From Podarcis filfolensis (lineage: Eukaryota), in NCBI GenBank assembly GCA_964270895.1, contig OZ185436.1: a DNA stretch of 64,000 nucleotides. One strand, 5' to 3'. The notes below the pieces were generated by a model, which worked only from the letters and a program-made list of their open reading frames with translations, made no database searches and was not told the origin of the DNA. This document shows, piece after piece, positions 62,296-64,000 of the stretch (positions are counted from its first letter, which is position 1; each line of letters begins with the position of its first letter). Both the position numbers and the translations under genes were made by a program.

Positions 62296-62662
62296 AAAAG
62301 GTAGAAGTAAAGGTATAGGACCCATGGATGGTTAAGTCCAGCCAAAGGTGACTATGGGTGCAGCGCTCATCTTGCTTAAGGCTGAGGGAGTTTGTCCACA
62401 AACAGCTTTCCGGGACACGTAGCCAGCATGACTAAACCACTTCTGGTGCAATGGAACACCGTGACGGAAGCCAGGGCGCACGGAAATGCCGTTTAACTTC
62501 CCGTCACAGTGGTACCTATTTATCTATTTTGGTGTGCTTTCGAACTGCTAGGTTGGCAGAAGCTGGGACAGAGCAATGGGAGCTCACCCATTCGAACCAC
62601 TAGCCTTCCTATCAGGAAGACCAAGAGGCTCAGTGGTTTTGATGACAGCACCACCTGCTCCC
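62296..62662 (-). mobile_element. Sauria SINE (Squam1), near full length
   Basis: aaaggta..ggttaagtccagccaaagg..gcgctcatc..ccagcatgactaaacc..gtggtacctatttatcta..cgaactgctaggttggcag..attcgaacc..gaggctcagtggttt. Confidence 0.9.
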
Positions 62663-62836
62663 TTTTTTAAACCATCTATAGCCTTTTAAATGGGGTGGGG
62701 GAATTTTGTTTTTGTTTTTTACTATGGTATTTTTATATTGTAAACCACCCTGCGATCTTCAGGTGAAGGGAGGTAGAGAAACTTAATAAATAAAAATAAA
62801 ATAGAAATAAAATAACAATAACAATAACAATAATTT
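62663..62836 (+). mobile_element. L2-type 3' tail with A-rich/(ACAATA)n end
   Basis: tattgtaaaccaccctgcgatcttcaggtgaagggaggtagagaaacttaataaataa. Confidence 0.65.
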
Positions 62837-63511
62837 ATCAGCTTTGGCTCTATGGAGAACAAGTTAGAAAAGACCTATAGACCTATACAGCTGCGTCAAT
62901 ATGTGTTTAACCATACTTAACTTTTAAAGTGCGCAAATTATTTAAATTATACTAAGTTTTTAAGTCAGACTTCTATAACAAGTAAGCAGCAGTTTAAAGG
63001 GGAGAGATAATTCTCCTAAAAACTCTTCCAAAGAGAACCCCTGATAGAAAACTAAGTTCTAATATTCAAGTTTTTATTTTTAAAAAACTCAAAAAACTAG
63101 TTCAAAGCAGTTGTCTTTTTCAGGTTGCCAATGCCTTATAGATATACTTTGTAATTTAGTTTCATTGGTTTCTACACTTATCACAGTTCAATTGAGGCAT
63201 ACAGAACCAAGAATAAGGACAGCAGCATTTAAAAAGAATTAAGAATTGATTCAAGCTATGAGCGGATGCAGACAAAAGTTCTCTAATCATCCATCACAAA
63301 TGAATAAACTGGAAGCAACTACATATAGAATGAACTACTGACCCAAATAAGTAATTGTCACAACTTGCAATTTCCAGAGTTATCAAATACTACTCCGAAT
63401 GTCCTCCTCTCTACTAGCATAAATGACAGACTGCTTCACTAAAACTTGTTCAAATGTTGTGATATACAGATACCAAGATAGGGTCTTCAGAGACGCATCT
63501 ATGATGTAAAT

Positions 63512-63645
63512 CAAGCATCCCCAGACTCAGCCCTCCAGCTGTTTGGGACTATCCCTAGCTAACCATCCCTAGCTAACAGGACAGGTCAGGGATGATGGGA
63601 ATTGTGGTCCAAAAACAGCTGGAGGGCTGCGTTTGGGGGTGCCAG
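63512..63645. mobile_element. Palindromic hAT MITE with perfect 8-bp TSD
   Basis: ATGTAAAT at 63504-63511 and at 63646-63653; 17-bp perfect inverted block CAGCCCTCCAGCTGTTT / AAACAGCTGGAGGGCTG. Confidence 0.85.
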
Positions 63646-64000
63646 ATGTAAATGATCAAAATCTTATTATTAAAACTTCTTCTTGACAACAGTTTTACTG
63701 ATAAATGCAATGGGGGAAAAAATGTTCTTGAACTAAATGAAGATGCTATTTCAGACCAGCAGTTTGGGGCTTTTCCAAAATGCCTCTTTCCATACTAGCA
63801 CAAAATAGGTGGTCTTCATTTCCATGTGAGTTTTTAGGGGAGAACTCACTTAAAATTACTCTCATAGGAACCTCAATCTTTAGTGAGGCTAGTGCACTAA
63901 TATATGGCAGACTGGAATACGAGACCCTGCATATTTATCATCTGCAATACATTCCTTCATTTCTGATAATTTTCACTAACAAGAGTGTTTTGAAGCAATA

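Noticed and set aside
46299-64000. Intronic box C/D snoRNAs in CSNK1A1
   Set aside because: TGATGA occurrences on the - strand that I checked lack a suitably placed CTGA and terminal stem; a manual scan is not exhaustive.
1-64000. CRISPR arrays, operons, rRNA, endogenous viral ORFs, IL17B exons
   Set aside because: The sequence is vertebrate, with no regularly spaced repeats and no long viral-like ORFs. IL17B is expected upstream of position 1 and was not seen.

Overview
Vertebrate genomic DNA, most likely a squamate (probably lacertid) lizard, judged from Sauria SINE, Squam3-like SINE and squamate-type MITEs. The window holds two convergent loci whose order matches my recollection of human 5q32. 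On the + strand is the miR-143/miR-145 cluster (~2.99-3.74 kb) with exact mature sequences. On the - strand is the 3' half of casein kinase I alpha (CSNK1A1): four complete internal exons (140/79/75/107 nt), a penultimate exon cut by a 172-N assembly gap, and a terminal G-F-stop exon with a conserved ~1 kb 3'UTR. The ~41 kb between them has no recognisable protein-coding gene. It is rich in SINE, LINE and MITE fragments and carries muscle-type enhancer motifs. Best leads: (i) splice signals suggesting the miRNA host transcript continues as a spliced RNA past miR-145, at the position of mouse Braveheart; (ii) candidate alternative terminal or poison exons in the TE-poor 11 kb last intron of CSNK1A1; (iii) a duplicated GATA+E-box module flanking a perfect CArG box upstream of miR-143. 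I found no convincing new protein-coding, viral or prokaryote-type system. All homology statements come from memory of known sequences, not from searches.
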